This document shows positions 57,618 to 64,000 of a stretch of DNA of 64,000 nt, piece by piece. The stretch is from the NCBI RefSeq assembly GCF_009914755.1, contig NC_060943.1. One strand, written 5' to 3'. The translations under genes and the position numbers were made by a program. Source of the DNA: the human T2T-CHM13v2.0 reference genome, Homo sapiens. A model generated the notes under the pieces. That model made no database searches. It was given only the letters and a program-made list of their open reading frames with translations, and was not told the DNA's origin. The first letter of the stretch is position 1; the number at the start of each line of letters is the position of its first letter.

Positions 57618-60360
57618 CCCGCCCAGCCTCCCGCGGGGCCACACACTTCCCCTCCCAACACACACACACACCTGCCATCTTGGTCATGAGCTACTGTCTG
57701 TCCCTCCCCAGGACCCGCGGTGGGTGCTGCATGTTCCCGGCCCTCTGCCCCTCCTGTCCTACCCCCTTTCCCCACCGAGAGCTGGGCCGGGAGAGGACCG
57801 CAGGGCAGGTGGCGTGAGGTCCGTGTTGCCTTCTTTAACACACACTCGTGCAGTGGGGGAGTTCTGGCTCCCCAACCTAACCCCTAGCCGTCATCTCCAC
57901 ACTCACCAGGCCCACCAGGGGAGGGGGCTGGCCTGGGGGTCTTGGGAAGGCCCCTCCCCAGGCCCTAGGCCACCTCGCGGAAGCCTTCAGCCTCCGCCCC
58001 TCACTGCAGCCCCTTGGGACTTGAGGGGGGCCCCAGGGGTTCTCAGGACCCCTCCCACCACCTCCCAGTGCTTCCACGTCTCCAAAAGCGCCTTCCTGTC
58101 ACCCTCGTCTATCCCTGCGCCTGGGGGCTGGGGTAGGCGAGGCCGTGGGGACTACCCATTTTATAGCTGGGGAAACAGGCTCCGAGAAATTGCACAACCG
58201 ACCTCAGGTGGCCGGCAGTGGCGTGCCTGGTGCCCTTTCTCCTCTTCCGCCTCTGTTGCTCCCTTTGGTCCTCTGGGGCCTCAGAGAGGCAGGTCCTAAA
58301 GGAGGGGGGGTCTCCTGGGGGCAGACCGAGGGTCTCGGAGGATAGAATGAGAGGTTTCCAGGGCTGGCAGAGTGTGTGCGTGTGTGTGTGCAGAAGTTTT
58401 GCTTTCAAACAAATGAAGATACAAGAGGCAGTAGGACCTGGGTTGGAACCCAGGGGAGCAGACTGGGGGGCTGTTGCCCCTCCCTCCATCTCCCCACACC
58501 CACCCCACCCCACAGCAGGGCTCCTGGCCCCCACCCCCCTGTACATAATTTTTAAAACCTTTTTTTAGCGAATGAAATATTGAAGTATAAGATTCCTTTT
58601 ATTTTTCAAACCAATGGGGCTGTGTCTATTGTCCCCCTCGGTCCCCAGGGGTGGGGGGCCTTGGAAGGCAGGGCGGTGTTGGGGGGCTGGGGGGCAGGCT
58701 GAATGTGTGTGTGTGGGTGTGTATGTGTGGAGTGTGAGTGTGTGTTTCCATGGTAGGACTCCAGTCCCAGCTGCTGCCTAGGCTCCTGTGGGTCCTGTGG
58801 GTCCCCCTCCCCTGTTCACCTTCCCCAACAGGGCTATAGTTTAAGGGTGTCCCAGGCCTTGGCTGGTTGGCTGGGCCCAGCTCCTGGGGGCTGGGCAGGG
58901 CAGGGCAGGGCCGGGTCCACTTCCATTGTTAGCAGTTGTTTGCAGAATTTTCTCTTTTACCATTCCTCTCTTTTTGTTCTCGCCCAGAGTGGGTGGTTTT
59001 TTGTTGTTGTTTTAGATTTTCATGTGAAGGCAGTTTTTTTTCTTTTTTAACTCCCCATCCCCCTATGCAGGGTGTCATTTCACCATCCACATCCACATCC
59101 TTGTTTGTGTTTCTGGCCCTCGTCCTCCCTGCCTCTCATCTGCCTCCCCAACCCCCACCTACCCACTGCTCCCAGGGGTCTCTCCAGGGGCAGGGGGATT
59201 TTAGGAGATGGGGTGGGGGCCAGCCCCTACTGGACCCTTGTAATCTGATTTGGAGACCATCCCCCCGATGGGACCAGCAGCCCCGCCGGCCCACTGGGGG
59301 TCCCTCTTAACATCTGCTTGTTGCGGGGGTCAGTCATGAGTGCCAGGGTCTGGCTGGGGTCTTGGCACTGTCTTCCTGGCCGGGGCCTGAAACCTTAGCC
59401 CCCAGCCGGCCTGAGTGGGGGATATTGACACCCCCAGCTAAAGCACAAGCACCTTAGTCACCCCTCCTCTCCCCCCGCCTCCTGGCCTGCCACCCCACCC
59501 CAGCGTTTACCCCAAAGCACAATGCCCTGGTCACTTGGCAAGCGGCTGGGCCTGACGGAGGCCGAGGGGCAGACCGGGGCTCCAGCCAGACCCCTGAAAG
59601 GAAGCAGGTGCTCCCCCACTTCCAGGCCTTAGTTGGGGTGGGGGGGCCAGCTCCTGGGCCTGGGGTCTTCTCACCCCCACCCCCTTGTCCTGGGTAGGCC
59701 CCTGCCTGCCCCTCTCTGCCTTTTCCTCGGGTGTCCCTCCTCGAGCCCCTGTGGCATTGGCTTGGGTGGCAGAGCCCACTTGTTTCAGGGACCCCAGGAG
59801 GTGCCCCCTGGCTCCCAGGACTGTGTGTGGGTCCGGGGGGTGGGGGGGTGGGGAGAAGGGTCGGGCAGGGGGTGCAGGGGAGGAAACTCCTCACCAGGAG
59901 AGCCAAAGACAGGGTTGTGCCTTACCCCAGGAGCCACCCCTGTACCCCCCTTGCCCTGCCATTCACCCTCCACCCCTACCCCTGGGCGGCCTGCTGCTTT
60001 TTCCTTCTCTTCCTCCCCTGCCCTGAGCTGCATGGTTCCCCCACCCTGGGCAGCCAGGAAGGAATCTGAATGGAGAATCACCAACCACCAGAGAAAAAAG
60101 ACTGTGGGGCCCTCCCCTGCCAACTCCCCTTCCCTGGCCGCCCACTCAACCCACACCTCTTTCACGCAGGACAGGCTGCCCACCCTGTCCACGTGAAGTG
60201 CCAACGCCCTCCCCACCCTGGGCCGAGCCCCCACCCCTCCCTGGGCCCCCAAGTGAGATTGCACATTTAACTACTGTAAGGAGAGGAGCGGCGTTGGCAA
60301 ATGTGAACCATGAGAATATCAGTGATACTGATGAGAATAAACTAAACGCCTTTGTAACAG
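57618..60360 (+). other. NACC1: NACC1 3'UTR (about 2.7 kb)
   Basis: Alu-free stretch from stop TAA to AATAAA 60336-60341. Confidence 0.8.
60336..60341 (+). terminator. NACC1 poly(A) signal
   Basis: AATAAA in an AT-rich block with upstream TGTA; Alu cluster starts about 200 nt later. Confidence 0.85.
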
Positions 60361-60539
60361 CCTTGCCGCATGCTCGTTACTGGGGGGCCCAGGGAGGAAC
60401 ACACACCTGCATTGTGCCCAGCAGACCCAGGTTGCTGACTGCAAACTGACAGCCTCCGATTCTAACACGCATGCAAGTTACCCCAACAGATACAGATAAC
60501 GCAACATATGAGCTGGTCCTACACACACACACACACACA

Positions 60540-63150
<2,611 letters not shown>

Positions 63151-63293
63151 TCCGGAACACGCACATGTGCACACACACACTGGAGCACTTGTGCAAGCAG
63201 TGGCTTAGAATGGGAGTCCCAATCAGGGCTCGGTCACGCATTTGCAGTCAACACACACCACACGACACAAATACGTATAAAAAAGGCTGACAT

Positions 63294-63299
63294 TTTATT
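63294..63299 (-). terminator. STX10 poly(A) signal
   Basis: TTTATT on plus, about 325 nt after the stop; GT-rich element downstream on minus. Confidence 0.85.
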
Positions 63300-63623
63300 T
63301 CCAGGTTGGCACGTGTATAAGGCACAGGGGCAAATGGCTTTGGGGTCCTGGAACTGGAAATGGAGACAGGTGTGTCTCAGGTGTCCCTGCCTCCACCACC
63401 CCCTAAGTGCACTTGAGACAGGACCAGTGGTGGTGGTTCCAGCCCAGGGTCCTGAAGGGTCCCACTGGCTCTAGGGGAGAGCCATGGGGACAGCTCCCCA
63501 GGCGGGACCCTCTACTCTCCAGCTACCCAGGAGGGACCCTCTCCTCCTAGGGGGCGAGGCCAGCTCCAAAGTGCTTGGTGGCTCCCCAGGCTTAAGGGAC
63601 CAGCCTGCCAGGGAGGGCTGGGG

Positions 63624-64000
63624 TCAGAGAGAGAATAGTAAGATGAGAACGAGGAGAAGCACCCCCACTAGCACGGCGATGGCACACCACTGTCGGCGGT
63701 CTGGGAACGAGAAGGTCAGGGGTCACGGGGAGAGGGTACCACCTACAACCTGCCCCCACCAGGACTGACCCCTCCCCTGAGGGGACTCACCACTCGTCAT
63801 GTGGGATACTTTGGCCAACTTCCTGAGGACCCCGTCCATGCGGGACTGGGTGTGGTCCATCTCTTGGGCGAAGGCATCCAGCATGCTGCCAAGAACAGGA
63901 TGGCATCAGCCCCAGATGGCCCAGACACACCAGGGTGGCCGAGAGCCCCTGGCCCACCCCCAGGGTCCTGGCCTCACATGCCCTGCTCGTCCAGCTCTTC
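63624..64000 (-). CDS. STX10: Syntaxin-10, last three coding exons (partial)
   Basis: Exons 64000-63978 (EELDEQG), 63885-63791 ([32 protein letters not shown]) and 63700-63624 ([25 protein letters not shown]): Qc-SNARE end plus C-terminal transmembrane anchor. Confidence 0.95.

Noticed and set aside
60305-60335. SECIS- or C/D-box-like ATGA/CTGATGA motifs
   Set aside because: No supporting stems or spacing, and NACC1 has no in-frame UGA.

Overview
Human (primate, Alu-dense, GC-rich) genomic DNA, recognisable from the translated exons as the 19p13 cluster. In order: the last four exons and long 3'UTR of NFIX (+); LYL1 (-, 280 aa bHLH factor) tail-to-tail with NFIX; TRMT1 (-, 659 aa tRNA m2,2G26 dimethyltransferase, 16 coding exons) ending about 2 kb upstream of LYL1 on the same strand; NACC1 (+, 527 aa BTB-BEN protein) divergent from TRMT1; and the 3' end of STX10 (-) convergent with NACC1. 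I rebuilt every exon by hand from GT-AG boundaries, and the three complete CDSs close in frame (843, 1980 and 1584 nt). Most other entries in the ORF track are Alu translations or GC-rich antisense shadows. I see no tRNA, rRNA or CRISPR array and no new protein family. The best candidates for undescribed biology are post-transcriptional, and all are inferences needing RNA-level data: an in-frame TRMT1-LYL1 read-through fusion, an AG|GTGAGT recursive-type splice site at LYL1 exon 2, overlapping uORFs in NACC1 and TRMT1, a CUG-extendable LYL1 N-terminus, and several frame-preserving retainable introns.
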